A stretch of DNA of 64,000 bases from Vulcanimicrobiota bacterium. GTDB lineage: Bacteria > Vulcanimicrobiota > Vulcanimicrobiia > Vulcanimicrobiales > Vulcanimicrobiaceae. Positions within the stretch are counted from its first letter, which is position 1, and each line of letters opens with the position of its first letter. The notes beneath the pieces are model-generated. The model made no database searches. It was not told the origin of the DNA and saw only the letters and a program-made list of their open reading frames with translations. The DNA lies in contig PLCF01000085.1 in assembly GCA_003135555.1 (NCBI GenBank), positions 221,493-285,492 on the forward strand, given 5' to 3'. Positions 50,824-59,770 of this stretch are shown in pieces. Made by a program: the position numbers and the translations under genes.

Positions 50824-51031
50824 CGCGCTTCCTCCGGCCGCCGGCGCGTCGAAACCCTGCTCACCGGGCGGTGAGTACGGTTCTGTACCAAAATGCACAT
50901 CCGGCGGCGGCCCGGCCGGCGTATGCTGTGAAGAGGACGGCGGCGCGCCTGCTTCTTCCCCGGAGCGGCCGACGCCAGCGCCGCCGTCCTCTACGCCGCC
51001 GCTGCGGCGAGGCGGGCACGCACGTATCGGC

Positions 51032-52084
51032 GTGGTACACTCTGTCGTCGTGCCCCATCCCCAACCCGTCGCAGGGCGTGCCGTCGCGCCGCTGTCGATC
51101 GGCCCCATCGAAGTCTGGCCGCCCATCGTGCTCGCGCCGATGTCGGGCGTGACCAACCGTACCCTGCGCGCCCTCTACAAGCCGTTCGGTTTCGGGCTGA
51201 CCGTCACCGAGTTCGTCTCCTCCAACGCGCTGCAGTACGGCGCCAAGCGCACGATGGAGATGATCGACCAGCACGGGGTGGAGCGGCCGGTCTCGACGCA
51301 GCTTTGGGGCAACGATCCGGCCATCATGGCGCTGGCCGCCAAGGTCGTGCGCGAGTGCGGGGCCGACATCGTCGACATCAACTTCGGGTGTCCGGCGCCG
51401 AAGGTCACCAAGACCGAGGGCGGCAGCGCGTGCCTGCGCGACATCGCGCGTTGCGAGGCGATCATGAAAGCGGTGGTCGCCGCCGTCGATTGTCCGGTCA
51501 CGATGAAGATGCGCCTCGGTTGGACCGAGAGCGAGCAGGTCTTCGTGGAGGTCGCCAAACGCGCGCAGGCCGTTGGGGTGCAGGCGCTCACGCTGCACGC
51601 GCGCACCGCCAAGCAGTTCTACAAGGGTAGCGCGGACTGGTCCAAGATCGCCGAGCTCAAGCGCGCGGTCGACATCCCGGTGATCGGCAACGGCGACTTG
51701 ACCGACCCCTACGACGCGATACACCGGCTGCGCGAGAGCGGCGTCGACGCGCTGATGCTGGGTCGTGCGACGCTGGGAAACCCGTGGCTGGTGTCGCGCT
51801 TGCGCGCGCTCATGGAGAACCGCGAACCGGCCGCCACGCCGGCGGCGCCGGACCGGCTGCGGTTCGCGGTCCATCACTATCGCACCATGGTCGAGGAGTG
51901 GGGTGAACCGCGCGCCGTGCCGCAGATGCGCAAGCATCTCGGGTACTACCTCAAGGGCTTCGCCGGCGCGGGCGCGTTGCGCGAGCGCCTCATGCGCACC
52001 GAGACCGCGGCGCAAACGCTCGACCTTCTCGAACAGACCATCGCGCAGCTCGAGCTGCACGCGAGCGAGCTCGCCGTCGCGTGA
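51032..52084 (+). CDS. dusB: tRNA-dihydrouridine synthase
   Basis: LAPMSGVT, DINFGCP, KMRLG, LHART, GNGD, GRATLGNPW, RKH. Start approximate. Confidence 0.9.
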   Translation: MVHSVVVPHPQPVAGRAVAPLSIGPIEVWPPIVLAPMSGVTNRTLRALYKPFGFGLTVTEFVSSNALQYGAKRTMEMIDQHGVERPVSTQLWGNDPAIMALAAKVVRECGADIVDINFGCPAPKVTKTEGGSACLRDIARCEAIMKAVVAAVDCPVTMKMRLGWTESEQVFVEVAKRAQAVGVQALTLHARTAKQFYKGSADWSKIAELKRAVDIPVIGNGDLTDPYDAIHRLRESGVDALMLGRATLGNPWLVSRLRALMENREPAATPAAPDRLRFAVHHYRTMVEEWGEPRAVPQMRKHLGYYLKGFAGAGALRERLMRTETAAQTLDLLEQTIAQLELHASELAVA

Positions 52085-53358
52085 GCCCCCTATACGGCGC
52101 GGCGAGCCCGGCCGCGCTGTTCGATGAAGTCTACGAGAACTACCGCAAGTATCTCAACCCGCCGCTGGCGCGCGTGATGAAGCTGTCGGGCTCGCCGGTG
52201 GAGGTGAGTGCCGAGGGCTGCATCATCACCGATCACGCCGGCAAGACGTACCTCGACTTCGCCGGCGGCTACGGCGTCTTCACGCTGGGCCACCGGCACC
52301 CGCGCGTCGTCGCCGCGGTCAAAGATCAGCTCGACCGCATGGCGCTGTCGGGGCGCACGATGTTCAACCCCTTGATGGGGCGTCTGGCGAAACGGCTGGC
52401 GGAGCTGGCGCCCGGCGATCTTTCGATCTCGTTCTTCGCCAACAGCGGCACCGAGGCGGTCGAGGGCGCGCTCAAGCTCGCGCGAGCGGCGACCAAACGT
52501 CCGGCGATCGTCGCGACCCACGGTGCGTTTCACGGCAAGACCCTGGGAGCACTCTCGGCCAGCGGACGCGACGCCTTCCGCGATCCGTTTCTGCCGCTGC
52601 TCGCCGGCGTGCGCCACGTCGCGTTCGGCGACGCCGCTGCGTTGCGCGCGGTCGTCGACGCGAACGTCGCCGCCGTCATCGTCGAGCCGGTCCAAGGTGA
52701 AGGCGGGGTCAACGTTCCGCCGGCTGGGTATTTGCGCGATGTGCGCGCGATCTGCGATGCGGCCGGCGCGGTGATGATCGCCGACGAGGTGCAAACCGGG
52801 TTGGGCCGCTGCGGCGAGCTGTTCGGCTGCGACCGCGACGGCGTCGTGCCCGACGTCATGACCCTGGCCAAGGGGCTGTCGGGCGGCGTCGTTCCGATCG
52901 GCGCGTACGTGGCGCGTCCGGCGGTGTGGAACGCAGCCTACGCGAAGCAGCCGCTCTTGCACACCTCGACCTTCGGCGGCAACGAGCTGGCGTGCGCGGC
53001 GGCGCTCGCCGCGCTCGACGTCCTGCGGGACGAAGATCTCGTCGCCAATGCCCGCGCGCGTGGCGCCCAGCTCCTCGCCGGCGCCCAGGCGACGGCTGGG
53101 CGCTATCCCGCCGTGGTCGCGCAAGCGCGCGGCGCCGGCCTGCTCGTCGGCGTCGAGCTGCGCAGCGAAGGGTACGGCGGCACGATCATCCCCGAGCTGC
53201 TCAAACGCGGCGTCACGGCGGCATGGACGCTCAACGCGCAGCGCGTGATCCGCCTCGAACCCCCGCTCATCGTGAGCGCCGCGCAGGTGGAGACGGCGTT
53301 GGCCGCGTTCGACGCCGCCGTCGCGAGCGCGTTCGAGCAGCTCGGAACGCTGCCCTGA
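52081..53358 (+). CDS. Class III PLP aminotransferase (putrescine/ornithine aminotransferase-like)
   Basis: YLDFAGG, NSGTEAVE, FHGKT, EPVQGEGG, DEVQTG, LAKGLSGG, STFGGN. Confidence 0.9.
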   Translation: MSPLYGAASPAALFDEVYENYRKYLNPPLARVMKLSGSPVEVSAEGCIITDHAGKTYLDFAGGYGVFTLGHRHPRVVAAVKDQLDRMALSGRTMFNPLMGRLAKRLAELAPGDLSISFFANSGTEAVEGALKLARAATKRPAIVATHGAFHGKTLGALSASGRDAFRDPFLPLLAGVRHVAFGDAAALRAVVDANVAAVIVEPVQGEGGVNVPPAGYLRDVRAICDAAGAVMIADEVQTGLGRCGELFGCDRDGVVPDVMTLAKGLSGGVVPIGAYVARPAVWNAAYAKQPLLHTSTFGGNELACAAALAALDVLRDEDLVANARARGAQLLAGAQATAGRYPAVVAQARGAGLLVGVELRSEGYGGTIIPELLKRGVTAAWTLNAQRVIRLEPPLIVSAAQVETALAAFDAAVASAFEQLGTLP

Positions 53359-53825
53359 TGCCGTTCGTCAAATGCGCGATCGACGTCACGGCCGCGGCGT
53401 CCGCGGTGTACGAGCTGGCCAAGGAACAGGAGCGCTTCCCCGAGTTCATGCCTGACGTCGAGACGGTCGTGGTGCTCGAACGGCATCCGGATCGGGTGGT
53501 CACGCGCTGGAAGACCTTGGTCGAGGATGCGCCGATCGAGTGGACCGAGGACGATCGCTTCGACGACGCCGCGCTGCGGATCGACTACGCGCTCATCGAG
53601 GGCGACCTCGACACCTTCGAGGGCGCTTGGACGTTCGAGCAGCGCGGGGACGTTACGCACGTCGTGCTGACGGTCGAGTACGACTTCGGCGTCCCGACGC
53701 TGGCCGAGCTGATCGGTCCGACGCTGGAGAAGAAGGTGCGCGAGAACGCGGAGATGATGCTGGTCGCGCTCAAGCGCGAGGCGGAATCACCGACGGTCCT
53801 GCAGTCGGCGCGCGGTACGCGCTAA
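53358..53825 (+). CDS. SRPBCC/START (polyketide cyclase-like) protein
   Basis: ERFPEFMP, IEWTE, EGDLDTFEGAW; start overlaps the aminotransferase stop. Confidence 0.8.
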   Translation: MPFVKCAIDVTAAASAVYELAKEQERFPEFMPDVETVVVLERHPDRVVTRWKTLVEDAPIEWTEDDRFDDAALRIDYALIEGDLDTFEGAWTFEQRGDVTHVVLTVEYDFGVPTLAELIGPTLEKKVRENAEMMLVALKREAESPTVLQSARGTR

Positions 53826-54867
53826 AGCGCGTGGCGCCCGACTGCGCGCGCTGCGGGATCGCGGCGTGCAGCAGCTCCACCGCCCGCACCAGCTCCTCGG
53901 CATAGGCGGGCTCTTCGATCCGAGCGGGGTCGTACGCCGCGCCGCGCACGCGAAAGGCGGCGCGTTCGATCTCGTCAAGCATGACCCCCGCCTTGGCGGC
54001 CCGCTCGCCGAAGGCGCGCATCCGTTGCAGCGTGTCCTCCAGGCGCACCACCTCGCTGCGGTAGTCTTCGTACTTGCGCCGCTCCTCGGCGACGCGGTCG
54101 CGCAGCTCCGGCCAGGCGCTCTCGCGAAAGCGCGCGATCTCCTCGCTCCCGCGCTCGGTGAAGCGGCGCTTGCGTGCGGCGACGATCTTGTGCTCCTCTT
54201 CGTCGGCGAACCGCGGCCCTTTGTTGCGCGCGCGGGCCAGCGCCGCGTGCTCCGCCGGCGTGTAGTCGGTCGCAAGCGTTACCCGGTCGCTGATCGCCGC
54301 GATCTCCTCGCGCCACACGTCCTCGACGGTCGGCGGCTCGTTGAGCGCGCCGAGTTGCGCGCGGCGGGCGGCGATCCGTTCGCGCCGCGCGTCGAGCTGT
54401 TCGCGCGCGCGCCGCACGCCGTCGCGCAACGGTGCGATCCAGGCGTTGTCGGCCGGCGCGTTGGGATCGTCGAAGCGCACCTCGATCCCCAAGCCCAACG
54501 GCTGCACCTCGGCGATGCGCCACTGGTCGTTCCCCGTCGTGACGATCCGCACGCGGCTGACGATCGGCGGCGCGGGTCCCGGCACGCGAAAGACGATGAA
54601 CCCCTTGCCGGTGTCGACCGCGGCCAGAATGTTCGCCTGATCGAGCGGCCGGGCGAAGGCGAGGATCCCCGAGTACGCCGACTCGGGCTGCCACACCGGC
54701 TCGTCGACATCGTCGTAGCGCCGGCTCCACAGCACCGCCCACAGCGCGTCGTGCGCCTCAGTGGCGAGCGCCCGATCTTGCGTCATCGCCTCGAGGGCCG
54801 CCCGGACGCTCGAGCGTCGAAACCGAGCCGTCACGCTCGCTTGGTTCGTGCGCGGTTCGGGCGACAC
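53770..54867 (-). CDS. Hypothetical protein with a coiled-coil region
   Basis: Host-like codons, E/R-rich helices; the start may instead be ATG 54786. Confidence 0.6.
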   Translation of the reverse strand: MSPEPRTNQASVTARFRRSSVRAALEAMTQDRALATEAHDALWAVLWSRRYDDVDEPVWQPESAYSGILAFARPLDQANILAAVDTGKGFIVFRVPGPAPPIVSRVRIVTTGNDQWRIAEVQPLGLGIEVRFDDPNAPADNAWIAPLRDGVRRAREQLDARRERIAARRAQLGALNEPPTVEDVWREEIAAISDRVTLATDYTPAEHAALARARNKGPRFADEEEHKIVAARKRRFTERGSEEIARFRESAWPELRDRVAEERRKYEDYRSEVVRLEDTLQRMRAFGERAAKAGVMLDEIERAAFRVRGAAYDPARIEEPAYAEELVRAVELLHAAIPQRAQSGATRFSAYRAPTAGPSVIPPRA

Positions 54868-54891
54868 CCGTCCGTCCGCGCCGCGGACCCC

Positions 54892-55548
54892 TCAGCCGGG
54901 CTTGGCGAACGCGACGATTTGGTTCTCAGCCCGGCAGTTGGTCCAAAACTTCGTCCCGTCGAAGCCCAGGCTGCGGGCCGCAAACCCGATCGATGCGAGC
55001 TCGACGACTTCAGGCTCGGCCTTGCGTGCATCGAGGCACAGCAGCCGATAGTCGTCGCTCTCGCGGCTCTCGGTAGTCGCGAGGTAGAAGCGTCCCGCCA
55101 CGACCACCATACCGGTGATCTGGGCGGGGACGGGGATCGAGCGCAGCACGGTGCCGGCCTGGTCGAGCTCGAGGATGCACCGGTGGTCGCGCTGGCTGAG
55201 ATACAGCCGGTCACCGTCGTAGGCCAAGAACGATCCGGTGTGATCGGGACAGGCGATCGCGTCGGACTTGAAGTCTTTGCCCATGATGTAGCGGCGTATG
55301 AAACGGTCGTCGTTCTCGTCGCCGACGACCACCCGGAGCGCATCTCCGGTCACGGTCAGACCGTATGGCCTGCCGGGTGCTTTGGACTCCTCGAAGACCG
55401 TGCCGCGTTGGGCGTTGAGACCGTAGATACGATGGGTCTCGAAGGAGCCGATCCAGAGGTCCGTCCCGTCGCACGCGAGCCCGATCGGGGCCGGGCAGGG
55501 GGCGGGGATTCGGAGGAGCTCATCGATGGTCGAGAGCGTCTGATGCAT
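54892..55548 (-). CDS. Beta-propeller protein (glutamine cyclotransferase/YncE-like)
   Basis: Repeats GLACDGTDLW, GLTVTGD, LAYDGDRLY, SLGFDGTKFW. Confidence 0.6.
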   Translation of the reverse strand: MHQTLSTIDELLRIPAPCPAPIGLACDGTDLWIGSFETHRIYGLNAQRGTVFEESKAPGRPYGLTVTGDALRVVVGDENDDRFIRRYIMGKDFKSDAIACPDHTGSFLAYDGDRLYLSQRDHRCILELDQAGTVLRSIPVPAQITGMVVVAGRFYLATTESRESDDYRLLCLDARKAEPEVVELASIGFAARSLGFDGTKFWTNCRAENQIVAFAKPG

Positions 55549-55615
55549 GCCCGCAAACCTTTCCCGCAACGGGTCGCGGGCTCCCGGCGGCGGAGGGGCG
55601 AATCGGGGCGGCGGG

Positions 55616-56725
55616 ATGGCGAAATTCTGCTTTGTGATCCACCCCCTCTCGTTCGAGGACGTCGTGCGCTACGAGCCCGGCGCCAAGGGCAAGGGCAAGC
55701 CGATCATCGCGAAGATCATGGAGTGGATGCCGTCGTGGGCGGCCGCTCACGTGACCGGCGTTCGCACGCCCGACGGCCGGGAGACCGAGGGCTGGTTCGT
55801 CGCCGCCGGCCTGCTGCCGACGCAGATGCTCGAGCTGCCGCGCGAGCAGGTCTATGACCGCATCCTCAAAGCGATCGCGATCGGCGCGGATCTCGGCGCC
55901 GAGGTGGCCGGCTTGGGCGCGTTCACCGGCGTCGTCGGCGACGGCGGCGTGACGATCAACGAGCGTTCGCCGATCCCGGTGACCACCGGAAACTCGCTGA
56001 CCATCGCCGCCGGCGTGCGCAGCCTGTTTCGCGGCGCGCAGGAGATGGGGATCGACGCGCGCGCCGCGACCGCGGTCGTCGTGGGCGCGACGGGCTCGAT
56101 CGGCGCCGCCTGCGTCGAGCTGATCGCGCCGCACGTCGGACAGGTGATCCTGGTCGCTCGCAACGAGACGCGGCTGCGAAAATTCTTTGAGAGCGTACGC
56201 GAGCGGCTGCCCTGCGACGCGTCGTTCACGACGGAGATCGGCGCGGCGGTGCAGCGTGCCGACCTGGTGCTGACCGCGACCTCGTCGACGCAGGACGTGA
56301 TCGAGCCCGAAGACCTGCGCACCGGTGCGGTCGTGTGCGAGCTCTCGCTCCCGCACGACGTCAGCCGGCGCGTCGCGGTGGAACGGCCCGACGTCCTCGT
56401 GGTCGAGGGCGGAAACATGCGCGTTCCGGGCGACATGCGCTGGTGGCGCGTGCGCGAGCCGGGTGCGACCTTCGACATGGGGCTGCCGCAAGGCACCGCG
56501 CTTGCATGCATGTCCGAGACGATGGTGCTGGCGCTGGAGAACCGCTGCGAGCCGTACACGCTGGGGCGCGGGATCGACCTCGCGAAGGTGCGCGAGATCG
56601 ACGCACTCGCCGAGCAGGCCGGCTTCTCGCTCGCCGACATGCGGGCGTTTGACCTGCCGATCTCGCGCGAACAGGTCGCGCGCACGCGCGCCGCCGCGGA
56701 GCAGCGCCGGGCGGCGACGGCATGA
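55616..56725 (+). CDS. Acyl-ACP reductase-like NAD(P) oxidoreductase
   Basis: FVIHP, EGWF, GLGAFT, TTGNSLT, VVGATGSIG, ACMSETM..ALE, matching the motif order of cyanobacterial AAR. Confidence 0.7.
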   Translation: MAKFCFVIHPLSFEDVVRYEPGAKGKGKPIIAKIMEWMPSWAAAHVTGVRTPDGRETEGWFVAAGLLPTQMLELPREQVYDRILKAIAIGADLGAEVAGLGAFTGVVGDGGVTINERSPIPVTTGNSLTIAAGVRSLFRGAQEMGIDARAATAVVVGATGSIGAACVELIAPHVGQVILVARNETRLRKFFESVRERLPCDASFTTEIGAAVQRADLVLTATSSTQDVIEPEDLRTGAVVCELSLPHDVSRRVAVERPDVLVVEGGNMRVPGDMRWWRVREPGATFDMGLPQGTALACMSETMVLALENRCEPYTLGRGIDLAKVREIDALAEQAGFSLADMRAFDLPISREQVARTRAAAEQRRAATA

Positions 56726-57201
56726 ACGTTCACCCGCACGTCTACGCGACGCGACTGCGCTGGATCGGCGCCGCCGGCGGCGCGACGACCTCGTATAAGA
56801 CGTATTCGCGCGACTACGCGATCGAGGCCGACGGCAAGCCCGAGCTGCGCGGCTCGGCCGACCCGCACTTTCTCGGCGACGCCACGCGCTACAACCCCGA
56901 GGACCTGTTGGTGGCCGCACTTTCGGCCTGTCATCTGCTGACGTACCTGGCGGAATGCGCGCGCGCCGGCATTGCCGTGGTCGCGTACGAGGACGACGCG
57001 CATGGCGAGATGACGCTGATCGACGGGGTGATGCGTTTTCGCGAAGTCGTGTTGCATCCGAAGGTCGCGCTCGCCGACTCAGCGCGCATCGACGAAGCGA
57101 TTGCGCTCCACGAGCGCGCGCACGGACTCTGCTTCATCGCCAACAGCGTAAACTTCCCCGTCCATCACGAGGCTGCTGTGACGGCCGCACAACCCGCATG
57201 A
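56722..57201 (+). CDS. OsmC/Ohr family protein
   Basis: GSADP.F.GD, NPEDLLVAALSACH, CFIANSV. Confidence 0.88.
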   Translation: MNVHPHVYATRLRWIGAAGGATTSYKTYSRDYAIEADGKPELRGSADPHFLGDATRYNPEDLLVAALSACHLLTYLAECARAGIAVVAYEDDAHGEMTLIDGVMRFREVVLHPKVALADSARIDEAIALHERAHGLCFIANSVNFPVHHEAAVTAAQPA

Positions 57202-57216
57202 TGCGAGAAATGGCGA

Positions 57217-57247
57217 CGGCCGCCACGCTGGGTGAGCGTGACGGCCG
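57217..57247. terminator. GC-rich hairpin between osmC and the convergent ncRNA
   Basis: CGGCCGCCACGCT-GGGTG-AGCGTGACGGCCG. Confidence 0.5.
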
Positions 57248-57377
57248 CGGCGGTGTGACAACAGGTCCTGACTTGACCAGTCTACCACACCGTGAACCGG
57301 CGCGCCATCGCCGGGCTGGAGCGAGCGGGAGTCGAACCCGCGCAACGTGGCTGTCAGGACCAGTTGTCGGACCGCCG
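57248..57377 (-). ncRNA. Candidate Y RNA (YrlA-like, circularly permuted tRNA mimic)
   Basis: 5' GGCGGUCCGA start; long terminal helix (57353-57377 with 57248-57272); T arm GCGGG-UUCGACU-CCCGC; D arm UA-GACU-GGUCA-AGUC; upstream -10-like TATGCT. Confidence 0.55.
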
Positions 57378-57433
57378 AATCGCCCCAGCATAGCGTCTAT
57401 CACGCAACCGCAACAGTTTGGCAAGGACCCGGC

Positions 57434-58345
57434 GTGAAAAAAGTCGTGTCCGTTTCACTCGGTTCGTCGTCGCGGGATCATCATGCGGAAGTGGATTTGC
57501 TGGGCGAGCGGTTCGCTATTTCGCGGGTGGGGACGGATGGTTCGATCGACAAGGCGATTGCGCGGATCAAAGAGCTCGACGGCACCGTCGACGCGATCGG
57601 GCTGGGCGGGATCGATGTCTACTTGTATGCCGGCAAAGAGCGGTACGCGCTGCGCGACGGGTTGCGGCTGCTCGCTGCCGCCACGCAAACCCCGGTGGTC
57701 GACGGTAGCGGGCTCAAGAATACGCTCGAGCGCAATGCGATCGCATTTTTACACGACGTGCTAGGCATCGAGCTGCGCGGCAAACGCGTGCTGATGGTCA
57801 GCGCGCTCGACCGCTTCGGGATGGCGCAGGCGCTGGTCCAGGCCGGCGCCGACGTGGTCTTCGGCGACTTCATCTTCGCGCTCGACCTCGACCGGCCGGT
57901 CCGCGGGCTGGACGAGTTCGAGGAGATGGCGCGCAAGTATCTTCCCGACGCCTGCAAGCTGCCGTTCCAGTTCTTCTATCCGACCGGGAAGAAGCAAGAT
58001 CGTGCGCCGCAGCCCAAGTACCCCGAGTACTACGACGACGCCGAGATCATCGCCGGCGACTATCACTTCATGCGGCAGTTCATGCCCGAGCGGCTCGACG
58101 GCAAGACGATCCTCACCAACACGGTCACCGCGAGCGACGTCGACTTCCTGCGCGGCCACGGGATCGCGCGGCTGGTGACGACGACGCCGGACTTCGGCGG
58201 CCGTTCGTTCGGCACCAACGTCGTCGAGGCGGCGATGATCGCGCTGCTGGGCAAACGCTGGGCCGACGTAACCGAGGACGACTACCGGCGACTGATGCGC
58301 GAGCTCGACCTCAAACCGCGCGTGATCGAGTTCAGCGGCGCGTAG
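57434..58345 (+). CDS. Uncharacterised Rossmann-type protein (family often annotated quinate 5-dehydrogenase)
   Basis: KKVVSVSLGSS.RDH, DAIGLGG, VDGSGLK.TLE, DRFGMA, GRSFGTNV. Confidence 0.6.
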   Translation: MKKVVSVSLGSSSRDHHAEVDLLGERFAISRVGTDGSIDKAIARIKELDGTVDAIGLGGIDVYLYAGKERYALRDGLRLLAAATQTPVVDGSGLKNTLERNAIAFLHDVLGIELRGKRVLMVSALDRFGMAQALVQAGADVVFGDFIFALDLDRPVRGLDEFEEMARKYLPDACKLPFQFFYPTGKKQDRAPQPKYPEYYDDAEIIAGDYHFMRQFMPERLDGKTILTNTVTASDVDFLRGHGIARLVTTTPDFGGRSFGTNVVEAAMIALLGKRWADVTEDDYRRLMRELDLKPRVIEFSGA

Positions 58346-58348
58346 CGC

Positions 58349-59770
58349 TTGTCGCTCGTCCGCAATCTCTTCGCGCGCCAGGCGCACGACCGCGAACGCT
58401 TGCCGTCCGACGGCGTGCCGCTGCGCCGCGTGCTCGGCGTGTGGGGCTTGGTCGCGGTCGGCTTGGGAACGATGCTCGGCGGAATCTTCACCACCGTCGG
58501 CACCGGCGCGCACGCCGCGGGCCCGGCGGTCGTGGCCGCGTTCGGGCTCTCGGGGATCACCTGTTTGTTCGTCGCGCTGTGCTACGCCGAGCTGGCTTCG
58601 ATGGTCCCGGTCGCGGGCAGCGCCTACACCTACGCCTACGCGGCGCTGGGCGAGATCGTCGCGTGGGTCATCGGGTGGGATCTCATCCTCGAATACGGGA
58701 TCAGCGTCGCTCCGCTCGCGGCAACATTTTCCGGCGCGTTGCAGCAGCTGCTGGCCAGAACGGGTCTCACGCTGCCGTCGTGGGCGCAGACGGCGAACCT
58801 GATCTTTGCGCACGGCCGGATCGATTTCGCGCACTCCCAGCTCGACGTCACGGCATGCGTAGCAATCGTGATTCTCGCGCTCGTCCTGGCGATCGGGATT
58901 CGCGAGTCGGCGGCGACCAACGTGCTGCTGGTGGTGATCCAACTCGTCGCGCTCGTGGGCTTCGTGGTGTTTTTGGGCGGCGCCGTCAGGCCCGGCGCCT
59001 ACCACCCCTTCGCACCGCTCGGGCTGGGTGGGATCGTGACCAGCGCCGCGCTCGTGTTCTTCGCCTACATCGGATTCGATACCGTGACCGTGGCCAGCGA
59101 GGAAGCGCACAACCCGCAGCGTGACGTCCCGCGCGCGATCATCCTCTCGCTGCTCATCGGGGCGCTGCTCTTCGCGGCGGTCGCGGCGGTAGCCGTAGGC
59201 GTCGTCGCCTGGGACAAGATCGACACCAACTCGGGGATGCTCGACGCCGTGACGCACGCCGGAAACAATCCGTGGCTGTTCGGCCTGGTGCTCGTCGGCA
59301 CGGTCACCGGGACCGCGGCGTCGATGCTGATCTCGCTGCTCGGACAGGTGCGCATCTTCTACGTGATGTCGCGCGACCGGTTGCTGCCGGCGGCCTTCGG
59401 CGCGGTAAACCCGCGCACGCGCACGCCGGTGCGCATGACGCTGGGGACCGGGATCGTGGTCGCGATCCTCGCGCTGGGCGTCCCGCTGCAGACGCTGCTG
59501 GAGTTCGTCAACATCGGCACGCTGTCGGCGTTCGTCATCGTGTGCGCCGGCGTCATGGTCTTGCGCTTCACGCACGCCGAGGTCGCGCGGCCGTTTCGCG
59601 TTCCGTTCGGTCCGGTGGTCGTCCCGGCGATCGGGATCGTCCTGTGCGTGTGGCTGACGGTGCAAGGTCTCGCGGCGCTGACGTGGCTGCGATTCCTGGT
59701 GTGGTTCGTGGTGGGGCTGGCGATCTACGCGCTGTACGGCTACCGCAAGTCGCGCCTGCGCGGGCGCTGA
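58349..59770 (+). CDS. APC amino acid permease (cationic amino acid transporter-like)
   Basis: GTMLGGIF, CYAELAS.VP.AGSAY, FFAYIGFD, EE..NPQR, NIGTL. Confidence 0.9.
   Translation: MSLVRNLFARQAHDRERLPSDGVPLRRVLGVWGLVAVGLGTMLGGIFTTVGTGAHAAGPAVVAAFGLSGITCLFVALCYAELASMVPVAGSAYTYAYAALGEIVAWVIGWDLILEYGISVAPLAATFSGALQQLLARTGLTLPSWAQTANLIFAHGRIDFAHSQLDVTACVAIVILALVLAIGIRESAATNVLLVVIQLVALVGFVVFLGGAVRPGAYHPFAPLGLGGIVTSAALVFFAYIGFDTVTVASEEAHNPQRDVPRAIILSLLIGALLFAAVAAVAVGVVAWDKIDTNSGMLDAVTHAGNNPWLFGLVLVGTVTGTAASMLISLLGQVRIFYVMSRDRLLPAAFGAVNPRTRTPVRMTLGTGIVVAILALGVPLQTLLEFVNIGTLSAFVIVCAGVMVLRFTHAEVARPFRVPFGPVVVPAIGIVLCVWLTVQGLAALTWLRFLVWFVVGLAIYALYGYRKSRLRGR

Noticed and set aside
50932..50992. SRP RNA (minus strand contains GGAAGAAGCAG)
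   Set aside because: Lacks the CAGG half of the domain IV symmetric loop and a properly closed GNRA tetraloop.
57317..57386. Canonical tRNA gene (T loop UUCGACU, apparent CU-GAC-AG loop)
   Set aside because: No proper D arm or 5-bp anticodon stem in the linear order, and no encoded CCA; the permuted fold explains more of the sequence.
57248..57389. 6S RNA or two-piece tmRNA
   Set aside because: The interior is multibranched rather than a central bubble with an apical stem, and there is no room for a tag ORF or pseudoknots.
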